64,000 nt of DNA from the human T2T-CHM13v2.0 reference genome, Homo sapiens. The notes beneath the pieces are model-generated. The model made no database searches. It was not told where the DNA came from and was given only the letters and a program-made list of their open reading frames with translations. This document shows, in pieces, positions 1 to 12,433 of this stretch. Position 1 is the stretch's first letter. Each line of letters starts with the position of its first letter. The position numbers and the translations under genes were made by a program. Location: assembly GCF_009914755.1 (NCBI RefSeq), contig NC_060929.1. The stretch is one strand, 5' to 3'.

Positions 1-243
1 CCAGGGCAGCTACTTCATGACCACACTAAGGAAGCTGTTTTATTCTAAGTCTTAGGAGAGCATGCGCTGAGGGTGACTCATGCTCCAATTTTAAGCAGAT
101 TACCTGGGCTGCTCATGAGAGTGGACTGGAAGTGGGCAAGAGTGAAAATAGGGAGACAGTCAGGAGCTGTTTGCAGTAGCCCAGGAGGGCCAAAAGGGTT
201 GGCAATAGACATGGAGACTAGATGCATTGAAGGTATATTTTGG

Positions 244-526
<283 letters not shown>

Positions 527-1779
527 GATATATTTTGGAAATAGAAATAACAAGGTCATTGTCAACCATTCAGTCCCCACAGGTTTCCAGCAGATGACCT
601 GTGTTGTATGATCGTCTGGTCTTTGTCCTTCAAGAGAAGGTTCTATTCGCTCCCTTAAACAAGGCTCCATGTTCCAAACTGTTCCACCCTGCTCTTCCTG
701 GAATGTCCGTAGATTTATCAAAGAACTTCGCTAGTCTTGCCAGCCAGCTCCTCCACCCTCTTGTAAAAAATATCCATATTTATGTTGAGCTACCACTGAC
801 TCCCCTCACGCTCCCTGTGGCTGGCATTTACATCCAGAGGACTTAAAAGGTTTGGAGGATTCTTCCACATGTAAATGCACCATATGCAAATCAGACCTGT
901 CTGCCTCTGTAGACAGCTGTCAATGGAGGGTGTGCCAGAAACACTTATTTGCCTTTACAGAACACCCCACAGCCCCACAGGCAGGAGGTCTTTAGGGAAA
1001 CAGCAGTGGGGAGACCTAGAGGAGCTGCATCTGCCCCAGTGGCCCAGGATACTTGGCGGCAAGGCTTTGTTCTCCCTCAGAAGATGAATCTTCTTTAACA
1101 GGACCAGAGGGCGTGACCAGCTATGTCATAAGCTTGGAGGCTTTTCATTTTTTGTCCACAAAATCTTGCTCCTGGGTGGTACTGAGTCAAATTCCTTAAC
1201 AATCTAACAGCTGCTCAGTGGCTTATGAAAAATGACTTGCAGCTTCATGGTCTGAGTCCTAGTTTGGAACTTCATGGTGGAAGCCTCCTTGGCAACCATG
1301 ACAGAGATCCTGGGATGGGGTGAAAGACCTTCTGAAAGGAGTGGTCCTTCTGAACTCAGCTTGCATCTCAGGCCAACCGGAAAGCTGCAGAGGCCAGCCT
1401 TGGCCGAGCAGGGCCTTGGGCCTTGAGAAAGATGCTCAGTGTAGGTCTCTCTCCCACTCCTCCCTGGAAGTATATTGGGAAGATTCTATGCAGAAATATC
1501 TATCCAGTTGTTTGTCAGGCCCACCCTATGTAGACTCTATCCTCCATTTTCTAAGAACTGATTCTCCCACCCCCTTGATTCACATGCTTCCTGTGGGAGA
1601 AACGATGTTTTGGCCATTTGACCTCTGCTCTGGCTTCAGTTAATGGAAGACCAATCAGAGTCCCTCCTCTAGGAAAGTAGAAATGAGATCAAGGTCTCAG
1701 TGGGTCTGGTCTCCTGAGTAAAGGAAATGAAATTCTACTAGCTGCAAAAGACCGAGTTTTCCTGAGATTTGGGGCTTGT

Positions 1780-2060
1780 CTATTGTGACAAGTAGCACAA
1801 GCTTCAAATATCAGTGGCTTAACACTGTAAAAGTGTATTTCACATTCGTGCTTGTAGGAATGCCACATGAACACATGACCACCAGCTTGTCACAGCAAGG
1901 GAAGAGAGGGTCACAGAGGATGTTTTTCAGGGTCACGCCGTATGTCACTTTCATATACATTATATTGACCAGAATTAAATTAGATAGCTCAAACATAACT
2001 GTAAGAGGAGCAAGGAAATTAAGTCTTTCTGCATGCCAAGGAAGAGAAAAGGGTGTAGAG
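1780..2060 (-). mobile_element. Old MaLR LTR fragment (MLT1-type)
   Basis: MLT1-like motifs 'tcagtggcttaaca...tatttc' and 'tcactttc...acatt..attgaccagaa...taactgtaagagg'. Highly diverged. Confidence 0.5.
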
Positions 2061-3399
2061 AGCATGCTGTATTGCTTCATCACATACATGAAACTACAAA
2101 CAAGAAAAGTCAATCCCCAAAGAGAAAAGGAAGTGAAATAGGCACATGCTACAAACAGCATCCCTACAATAAACTCCCATTGTGGCCTGAGTTAGTTCAA
2201 GGGGGTTCTCTGTACTTGCAAACAAAGAGAAGTGTACAAATACAGCCTTCAGCATCCACTGCATGATGACTCTTTAAAAGACTTGAAGATAGCACTGTTC
2301 AGAGTCAAGCCCAACTCCTCACTGTGATCAAAAGGTGAAGTTCTACATGCTTGCAACTCTGGACTTCCAGCCGAAAATAGTCTTAAGGACACAAGTGTTC
2401 CAGTGCTGTGGTCTGTTGGCTCAGGTTTAAAGATGAAGCTTTTCATACCACCAGCTGAGAGATTACCCTTCAAGCAGTTATGATTCTTTTTTGAATGGGT
2501 ATACACACTCTTGCAACGGTCATGTTCTGTTGCATTTCACACAAAGGGCTGTAGAGCATGGGGAGGGCTCAAGTTCAAGAGCAGAGCAAGGAAGGCAAAT
2601 GCACAATTAGTATCAGGGCATTTCTATGTGCGGATGAAATAGGTGGCATCTGGGGGCTGTGATCTCAGTGGTTTGAGGAGAATCTTGAGCCCCTAAATGT
2701 TCTTCCTACTCCTACTGCTCACCTCATCCTAGGAACTTCATTGATTCCCCTGGCTTAAGTCTACAGATCTTCCCTACCTCATGTCTTGCCTCAACATTCC
2801 AAAGCTACTGATCCCTGTCGAACTCTCCAGATTCACTCCAGTCTGCCATTCTGTGTTCTACTATACCCTTCCCTCTGCTTAAAATACCCTTGGCCTTCTC
2901 TTCCTCACAGAAGATTCCCCTCACTTTCCTCCACCCTCTGCAGAGCCTTTTCTGTGCAACCAAAAGTGATCACTCCTTCCTCTGTGGCACCATCACCTCC
3001 ATTCCTGCTCTACCAAGTAATTATTTGCTCCTCAGTTGCCCTGCTGTTCCTGCTCAGCCCCCTAAATTTCAACATGGGAACTCCTTTAAGGTAGAATTTC
3101 TTCTGATTTGTATTTAAACTCCTGTGGAACTGTCTATTATCTGACACCTAGTAAGTGCTCAGAAAATAATTCACTAAATAAAGAAACAAACGAATGAATG
3201 AATGACTGAATCTATAAAAATAGTGACCTCAATGAAAGATAAACAATCAAACCTTAGCAAATGTATAAGTAAGTATTGATCAATTTATTTGACCTTTAGG
3301 GTGAATGAGGATGGAAATGCTGGAACTATTTCTTTTTCTCTTGGATTTCCCTATGGAGTGTTCAGGCTCTCAGCTCCTCCTCTGGACTTTCCAAATCAG

Positions 3400-3630
3400 G
3401 TTTCTCCCATATGAATTTTCTTTCCTCTATCTTGCAGTACAGTTCACTTCTGTCTCTTGCTCCCAAACTTGCATACACAGACTCATTGACATGCTTACCA
3501 GTATCAGAATATGAGTTCCATGGGGGAAGGGGCCATGCTTGCCAAGCCCATCAGCATTCCCAGTGCCCAGAACAGTATCTGGACACATAGTAGGTGCTCA
3601 ATAAATACTTGTTAACTCAAGGAAGGAATA
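3400..3630 (+). mobile_element. L2 3'-end fragment
   Basis: L2 3' terminus motif 'cacatagtaggtgctcaataaatacttgtt'. A second L2 tail lies near 3090-3210. Confidence 0.65.
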
Positions 3631-4598
3631 CATAAATCAATCAATATGTGAAAGAATAAAGGCCTTCCTATTAATATGTTACTGACTTTTTAGGAAGCAG
3701 TCTGGGTTTTAAACAGCATTTCTTTTCTGCTATAAGATGATAAATTGGTTTTATCTCATTTTAAAACTCTGATCAAGTGGCAGTGGCTAGCTGGAACACT
3801 CTAATGAGAAGGGTTCAAATTGGGATCAGTGAGAAAAAAAGGACTGTGATTGATTAGTAATGTCTGTCATGCCAAAGGTGGAGAAAGTGGTGATGCATCC
3901 CTGAACTAGAGAAAATCTTAGGGTAATGCATAAGTAATACTTGATGCTGTAGTTCAAACAATAGACATCAGTGCAGAGTGGCAAAAAATAAAGGAGAGTG
4001 GGAAGCATGAGAATGCATACAGCACCCAGGTGAATTTTTATAATGGTAAGAAGTTTTTAAAGTAAATTTCTCTAAAAACTCTCAATGAAATATGTAAATA
4101 AATTCCATAATCAACTTAAATTGCCAAAGCACCAAAATATGAAACTGCAAAAAACTACTCATCCAGTCATAGTATACACAGACTGAGGCAGTTGTTTGGA
4201 TATCTTGGAAAAAATTACCTTCAGATTCTCCGTAGTCTTCACAAGTGCCATTCATCAAATATTTCTAGCATGTTTTCTGTTCGGTACACAGTAAGACTGC
4301 ATCTTTCCTGGCTCCTTGAAGTTGGATGTGATCATAAGATTTGCATTAGCCAATGAGATGTGAGTGGAGGTGACCTGGGTCCCCTTTGGGCAAATGTATT
4401 AAGATTTAATACATTAAGAGCCAATGTATGATTTGCTCCTGTTCTTTCCACCTCCCAGGGAAACAGGCAAAGCTCCAGGCCATAAGGGCTTCTTCAGCCT
4501 GAATCTCTGGCCGAGGACAGCTTGGAGTAGAGGAGGGTCCCCAGAGGATCTGCAGTGGTCACATAGCATGAATGAGAATAAAACCTTTGTTAACATTT

Positions 4599-4959
<361 letters not shown>

Positions 4960-5851
4960 AACCTTTGTTAACATTTTCAAGCCACTGAAATGTGTGGGTT
5001 GTTTATTACTACAATATGACTGAGCCTGTCCTGACTGATGCATTCTCCAAATTGGGAATTACAATATGTCACAGCACAAGGAAAATATGAGACTAGTTGC
5101 TCAGGACCAGTTACCTGGTTAAACACCTCTTTCTCTAAACTGTGGCTTCTGTTCATCTGAAATATTTAGGAAGAGAACCAATACAGGGAGAAATGAAAGC
5201 TTTGCCTCCCACTGCTCCTCCTCCTGAACCTGGGCTCCAGCAAAACAAAGCGAGGCACTGTTCTTGATGATCACCCCCAGGTTTTCTTGGTTCATGCCTT
5301 TGTTTCCACTATCCTCTCTCCTTAGAAACCTTTCCTTCACCTTGTCTCCAAGTCACTCTCATCTCCCAAGGACCAGCTATAATGCCAACTCCTACAAATG
5401 CATCTTCCTGCCACCTAGGAGGGATGTCTTCCCCTTCTGAACTCTGAGAGTACATTTTCAGTATCCTTCTTATTACATTTTTCATTGTCTACCATAAAGG
5501 TTGGTTGAATGCTCATATAAAAGAGTCAAGGGATGGAGAAAAGAAGAAAAAGAGGAGATGGAAGCAAATTCAGGGAATCATGGGCAGCCGTGTGAAAATA
5601 ACATTTGCCAGTTTGGAAAGCTTGTCTTTGCTTCTGTGTTGTATATTTTGGGCTTTCACCGCAAGCCACTTGTTATTCTCGTCACCTTTTATGGGCTGTG
5701 CCACTTCTCCTGTGCCCCAGTTGCTTCCTCTCGACTATGCCTTCTGATCAATTATGTCAATTGTTCACATAGATGTATCCTTGCTGACAGGTAAGGAGAC
5801 CTGTGATTCCTCCTGATTAACGTAATACATACTTCTTCATTTCTTAGTGGT

Positions 5852-6220
5852 TGATAAGGTTTGGCTCTGTGTCCCCACCCAAATCTCATATCAAATTGCA
5901 ATTCCCATGTGTTGGGGGAGGGACCTGGGGGGAGGTGATTGGATTATGGAGGTGGTTTCCCCCATGTCATTCTCACGATAGTGAGTGAGTTCTCACATGA
6001 TCTGATGGTTTAAAAGTGCATGGCAGATCCTCCCTTGCTCGCTCTCTCCTGCTCTACCAAGAGAAGATGTGCCTTGCTTTCACTTCACCTTCAGCCATAA
6101 TTCCAAGTTTCCTGAGGCCTCCTCAGCCACACTGAATTGTGAGTCAATTAAACCTCTTTTCTTCATAAATTACGCAGTCTCAGGTAGTTCTTTATAGCAG
6201 TGTGAAAACAGACTAATATA
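5852..6220 (+). mobile_element. THE1 (THE1D-like) solo LTR
   Basis: Starts 'tgata.ggtttggctctgtgtccccacccaaatctcat' and ends 'gtgagtcaattaaacctcttttc...ctttatagcagtgtgaaaacagactaatata'. About 370 bp. Confidence 0.92.
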
Positions 6221-6317
6221 GTAACTCATAGTGTGTTTTGATGGCAATTCTAGGTCTCCGGGATGCATAATTTGAAAAATTATAACCTCAGCTCTTTTAG
6301 TGACCCTTTTGAAAGAC

Positions 6318-6487
6318 ACAAGCCAATTTGTGGGACCTAGTAAAAAATGAAAATTCTGGGCCCCTTGTTTAAAAGTTATTGAGAATTTCAAGATGGCAAC
6401 AGCAGAGCACTAAATAAAGGGTAAGGCCCTTCCAACCACAGAGCACTGTGCACCTGCAAAGGTCGCACACTCATGAAGTTGACCCTG
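6318..6487 (-). mobile_element. MER45A-like hAT MITE
   Basis: 'gggccccttgtttaaaagttattgagaatttcaagatggcaacagcagagca...gtcgcacactcatgaagttgaccctg' matches the remembered MER45A reverse strand. Confidence 0.75.
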
Positions 6488-7499
6488 ATGTGGAATGTGG
6501 GAGTTCTCAATGCCTTCAAATCATACAATGTAGGTGACAGTTCCAGTCATATACTAGATCCTCTCTAAAAGGGTGATACCACCATTTCCCTCCTCCTGTC
6601 TACTAGGCATGTCCGACACTGACTTCCAGGAATCAACTATCTAAGGAGTCTGACAACCTTCAGGAATGTTGCCTGCTGAGTCTTTGTTCTCTGCAGAGAA
6701 AATGGATGCATTCCAGCATCAAAGTAGCAGCTTCACACAGCTTCACTCCAACCACCATTCAAGATGCCAAGGAAGCGTTTTGATTTGCCCTCATTTTCCT
6801 TTAACTAATGTGTTCGTCTACTAGACGAATTACCTATTTCTTGATGGAGTTGAAAGTTGGCCCACATCTTCTAAGAACAGTGATATATATGATGGCCTGG
6901 GAGTATATTTTATTTTATCTTAAAAAAAAAGCTTTTTTTCTACCAAAATCAAAGGGAGGTTGAGAATACTTTTAGCTTATGTTGTCTAACTCCTTTACAG
7001 TTCAATTTCACATCAAGGAAACAGAGAAACTGTGGAATGTCCTCCAGTAGGGCAGGCCAGCAGGAGTTCCCAGCATGGATCTATGATGCTCTGTGATCCA
7101 CTCACAAACTTCAGAGAGTACACCACACACAGGGGAGGACTACTCCTGTTTAAAATTCCAGGAAACACCAAAAGATTGCTATGAGGACCTGGAAGTCAGA
7201 TCGCTATGGTCCTTGCCCCACCTTTGACAAACTAAGTCAGTAAGTTTGGTAAGTGAGAGCATAGGACAGGTGCTCTCACTTACCAAAGATCAAGGTGGCG
7301 GCTTCATCCCCATGCAGCCAGAACGATGATGCTGTAGTTGGCTGACTTGGTTGTTCACAGTTTATGTCTGTGGTGATTAGACCAGCATCCATGCTGATGG
7401 ACTGGTACCCATGTCATATCAGTTGTTAAACTTTGTTTACTGTCATCCCTGGAACAAACCATATGCCCATTTTTATTCTGGTGTCTAACAAATGTGGGA

Positions 7500-7670
7500 C
7501 AGTGGTCTGGTGGAGCCAGCTTGTACCAGCTCACACAACCCTTCCTCACCCCTACTTCACTGATATAAAATTGGTAGCCTGAAATCAGTCACAGTGAGAG
7601 TTTTTACACCACACAAATCAGCACACTACAGATAAGGGCTTTTTGTTTTCAGAGAGTCGGTTGATCAGCT
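7500..7670. mobile_element. MER63-like hAT-Blackjack fragment
   Basis: 'cagtggtctggtggagccagcttgtaccagctc' terminus and 'ttggtagcctgaaatcag...agagagtcggttg'. Confidence 0.55.
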
Positions 7671-7758
7671 CATCTCATATCTCAGATGTGTGATGGATAT
7701 GTGAATCATTGGTTAGTCATCCATCAATTATTTCACCCATGATACAGTAAAAAATGCT

Positions 7759-8195
<437 letters not shown>

Positions 8196-9259
8196 TATTG
8201 TATTGCCTCTAGGCAACTATGCTTGTTTTGGGAGAGAAAACAGTCATTATGAGAGACATGATCTCTACCCTTCTGACATTACAGCCTACTGGGTTAAACA
8301 GATAAATCGATAAATAGCATTTTTTACTGATTCATTTCCCACCCATAATATCAAAGGTTTAAATTAAATGTTATAAGAACAGATATGTAAAAACAGTTTT
8401 TATCTTAATGATCTCACTTCAAGAAATTGTGAGTTATGACTCTACAAGCAATTTGACTGTCTTAAAAACAAATCATATGAATGCTACCATGTTCAAACTG
8501 GTCACCCTGAGAGGTTGTGTATGTAACCCAGTGAGACTGCCATTGCTAGATCATTCAAGCCTCAAGAATATTTTGAATAGCTTTGATTGCAGTCAATTTT
8601 CATCCTTGCAGTGTGAATTTAACTTCTGAAATGGATCAAAAGTCATTTGGCATCAAGTGTGAGGAAGAAAGAAAGTAAGCAAGCTGGGTAGAATATTTTG
8701 GTTTAAATCAGGGTGAAATCATACGTCATGAGATGAAGTTTCTTGTGCGGTTAGCTAAAGTGGCTCCGCAAATAGACACTCCCAAGAAACATTGTAAAGC
8801 TACACTCAATTCATTTGGATAAGTATTTCTAATTTTCAAAAGAATTCCAAGAGCTTTTGCACACATCTTATACAGTACAGATATAAGGAAGAAAAACAAG
8901 GCCACGGTGGAATGAAGAATTGGGGGCATCTGATATTTATGTCACAGATTCGCAAAAAGCTTACTGGCATATATATAGGTAAGCTTTATATAATATTATA
9001 TGTAAAATATTATGTAAAGCTTATCAAAATATATGTATAAAAGATTACATATATATTTAAAGCATACTGAAATATATATATATATTAATCTACTACAAGC
9101 ATTGGAATAACTAGTCAAAAGCCAAAATATCATAAATACGGTTAATCTTAAAATGTTGCTACAGAGAGAAAGCACTTGCTGGTTTACTGATCTTTAGATG
9201 ATGCTACTTCTCACCCAAGTACTTATTGGTGGAAACTGAGCTCAAATCCAGGTCCTGTC

Positions 9260-9960
9260 CTACATTCATTCACTCAACACAGAATGATGGAGCTCTCAAG
9301 ACGATTCAGGGCTCAGCCCTGGGCATAGGGCAGTGAGGAGAAGTCACAAGACTCCCATTCTTGTGGAAGCCTCAGCCTACCAGGGGAGATAGACTTTGAT
9401 CAGATAACACAGAAATAAAAGGATGTTTTTGTTTGTTTGTTTGTTTGTTTTGAGATGGAGTCTTGCTCTGTGGCCCAGGCTTGAGTGCAGTGGTGCAATC
9501 TCGGTTCGCCACAAGCTCCGCCTCTGGGGTTCACGCCATTCTCCTGCCTCAGCCTCCTGAGTAGCTGGAACTACAGGCGCAGACCACCACACCCAGCTAT
9601 TTTTTTTCTTTGTATTTTTAGTAGAGACGGGGTTTCACCGTGTTAGCCAGGATGGTCTCGGTCTCCTGACCTAATGATCCACCCACCTTGACCTCCCAAA
9701 GTGTTGGGATTACAGGCATGAGCCACTGCACCCAGCCATAAAAGGATGTTTTTAAACTGCTGTGCTAAATGCCATAAAAGAAAATCAGAGGACTCTATAA
9801 GAGACAATAACCTTCTTGAGGAAGTAGGGTCAAGCCAGGACATAAGGAATTAACTGGTCAAAGAGAACAAACTAGTGTGAGGAGAGAACAGCTTGCAGAG
9901 ACACTGAGGCTGAGGTCAGGGTCAGAGAATCTGTCAATTTCAGAAATCACATGGCCAAAC
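9260..9960 (-). mobile_element. L2 fragment hosting the AluY at 9431-9737
   Basis: 'cattcattcactcaaca' tail followed by diverged L2 body. Confidence 0.55.
9431..9737 (-). mobile_element. AluY
   Basis: AluY diagnostics and (GTTT)n tail. Perfect TSD ataaaaggatgttttt at 9415-9430 and 9738-9753. Confidence 0.95.
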
Positions 9961-10154
9961 TCCTGTCTAGGTAAATGAGGGAAGTGAAAAGGGCAGGTCT
10001 AGAGACCAGATGTCTTGACTCACATCTCATTCGGGGTGTTTCTTAGCACCCACCCATCTCTTTTTGAATTCCAAAGGTATCTGGAGCATGTAGAGAACCT
10101 AACAGGAGAAGTAGTCAAGAGGATGTTGCTTTTGAGGTTAGCGTCTGGGTCTTC

Positions 10155-10308
10155 TGTGCACACATATGCATGCACACACACACACAAACACACATGCATG
10201 TATACATTTGTGTGCACACACAAAGACATAGTCATACAAACATGTATACACACAAACACATGTATGTTTATATGCATGCATGCATGTATGCACATGCAAG
10301 TACACACC
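10155..10308. repeat. Degenerate (CA/TG/TA) alternating purine-pyrimidine repeat
   Basis: Mixed CACA/TGCA/TATG units over about 150 bp. Confidence 0.9.
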
Positions 10309-10759
10309 TAGATGTACTTTTTGTTTATGAAAATGGCCCTTTTTCCAATGGATATTGAGCAGCAAGGTAGAATAGCAGAAAGAACACTAAATTCCAATTC
10401 TAGGCATATGGGTACAAGTCACTACATCATTCCACACCTCTATTTCTTTACCTGGAAGATAGACACAAATCTTCTCGTCTAAATAATGCATTGGGTTGTA
10501 GCGAGGTGCCAATCAGATGGCTAATATGAAATTGTTGAATGCGCACAATACAGTATTGTATTACTATTAAGCAGTCAGAAAATTAAGTGGTGGTTTGGAG
10601 AGATCTCCTGTTTGGTGTCTATGATTTTGCCTCCTTTTTTGCCTGTTAATCTGGACATTCTTCACCTCTCCATAGTCACTTGGTACAGGCTCCAGAGGTC
10701 TAACACCAAGAGAACTGCCCCACCACGCTAGGCTCAATGCCCTTGCAAGTAGGATTCAG

Positions 10760-10925
10760 GGTCATGAGTTGTGGAATCAGAAAAATCCAGCTCGCTTCTT
10801 CAGGCCCATTACTTTCCAGCTCTATTGCCCCTGGGGAAGGCCACTTAATCTCCCTGAGTCCCAGTTTCCTCATTTGTAAAATCTGAACTCTAATATTTCC
10901 TTCATAGACTTGTGAGAAATAGAGG
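10760..10925 (+). mobile_element. MIR
   Basis: MIR core 'cacttaatctccctgagtcccagtttcctcatttgtaaaat'. Confidence 0.75.
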
Positions 10926-11149
10926 CTATTTTTGGAAGCCCTGGGGTCCTGTCTGGTACACAAGAAGCCTCAAGAGGATGTATTTGGCAGGTCAGTTCTT
11001 TGCTTCCAGCATTGGCCCCCAACGTTGCCAAACATCCAGACGTCCTATGCATCTGTTGCACCACAGTGGGTCTGTCATTCTGTGAATTTTAGGAAGTCTT
11101 TTAGGGAAACAATTTGTATTTTCAGTCTGTCCCATGTTTTGGGGTTGAT

Positions 11150-11690
11150 TCAGTTATTTATTCATTCAACAAACATTTATTGATCACCTCTATGTGTCAG
11201 ACACCACTCTAGGTACTTGATATACACCATAAATAAGAAAAATGAAAACATCACTCTAGTGGAGGAAGACAGATAATAAACAGTAAAAACAACATATTAG
11301 TAAATTGTATAATAAATGATCAGGGATGTGGGGAATAAAAGAGCAGTGTAAAGATATCAGGAATGCTAAGGGTGGGGTGGTAGGTGTTTCTTTACCAAGG
11401 TTCATCACCATAAGTCTAATTGCAAAAAGGTCATTTTAGTAAAGACTTGGGAGAGGGACGAGAGAATGAGCCTATGGCTATCTGCAGAGTGGGGTGGGCA
11501 GAGAACATTCCGGGTAGAGGGAACAGGAGCATGGATGACATGCAGGAAGGACAACAAGGAAGCCAGTGAGGCTGGAACAGAGTGAGCAAGGGGTAAAATG
11601 GATGGAAAGGAGGCTGAAGAGTGAACAAAAAGCCAGATTATTTAGGGTTTTGTAGGCATTACTTAGACTCTGGATTTTGCCTTGAATTTA
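11150..11690 (-). mobile_element. L2 fragment (L2a-like)
   Basis: 'ttattcattcaacaaacatttattga' tail and 'gaagccagtgaggctggaacagagtgagcaagggg'. Confidence 0.8.
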
Positions 11691-11958
11691 TTGATATGAT
11701 AAGTATGTATCAGGTGTCTGCTGCATGGATAGCCACATGTTAGAAGACATGGTGGCCAGGAAGAAGTCAAGCAAAAAGAAATAAGAATTTCTTGGTCCCT
11801 TTTCTGTTAAAACTAGTGGGAAATCAAAAGTATCTTAATTCACCACCTCTTTTGTTTATCTATTGAACATGTAGAGTCCATGCTTTGACGGTTGTCAGGA
11901 AATAAAGGTGAGAAAAGCCAGAGAGGGTCTTTACCCACATGGAGCTTTCAGTCTAACT

Positions 11959-12175
11959 CAGGGTCTCTCCATCATGGCATGACTAATATCTGTGGCCATT
12001 TAATCCTTTGTTGTTGCGGGCTGTCCTGTGCATTGTAGAATGTTTAGTGGCATCCCTGGCATCTACTCACTAGACACTACTAACACATCTTCCAGTTGTG
12101 ACAACCAAAAGTGTCTCTAGACCTTATGAATATCCCTGAGTAGGGATAAGCAAAATCATTCCCAGAGAATCACTG
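11959..12175 (+). mobile_element. MER20 hAT MITE
   Basis: 'ctgtcctgtgcattgtagaatgtttagtggcatccctggc...cagttgtgacaaccaaaa'. Perfect 8-bp TSD gtctaact at 11951-11958 and 12176-12183. Confidence 0.9.
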
Positions 12176-12295
12176 GTCTAACTGAAAATATGTTATGTGC
12201 TTTTGTCATTATTTTTGGCTGTTAACACCTAAACACTTTTGTTGTTATTTTGGGATCCTACAGCTCTGAGATTTCAAGGCAGTCACAGTCCACTT

Positions 12296-12433
12296 CTATT
12301 AGGAATTGAATGTTTGCATCCTCCCCCAAATGTATATTGAAGTGCTAGCCCCCAGTATTATGGTATTTGGGGGTGGTGTTTTTAGGAGGTGCTTGGGTTT
12401 ACATAAGGTCATGAGGGTGGGGGCCCCCATAAT
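12296..12433 (+). mobile_element. MaLR LTR 5' fragment (MSTD/MLT1A-like), truncated
   Basis: 'tgaatgtttgcatcctcccccaaat..atattgaag...aggtcatgagggtgggggccccc' stops abruptly. Confidence 0.75.

Noticed and set aside
586-604. CTCF-like motif ccagcagatgac inside a small cacaggt/acctgtg hairpin
   Set aside because: Mismatch in the core GGC, and the 7-bp stem is expected by chance.
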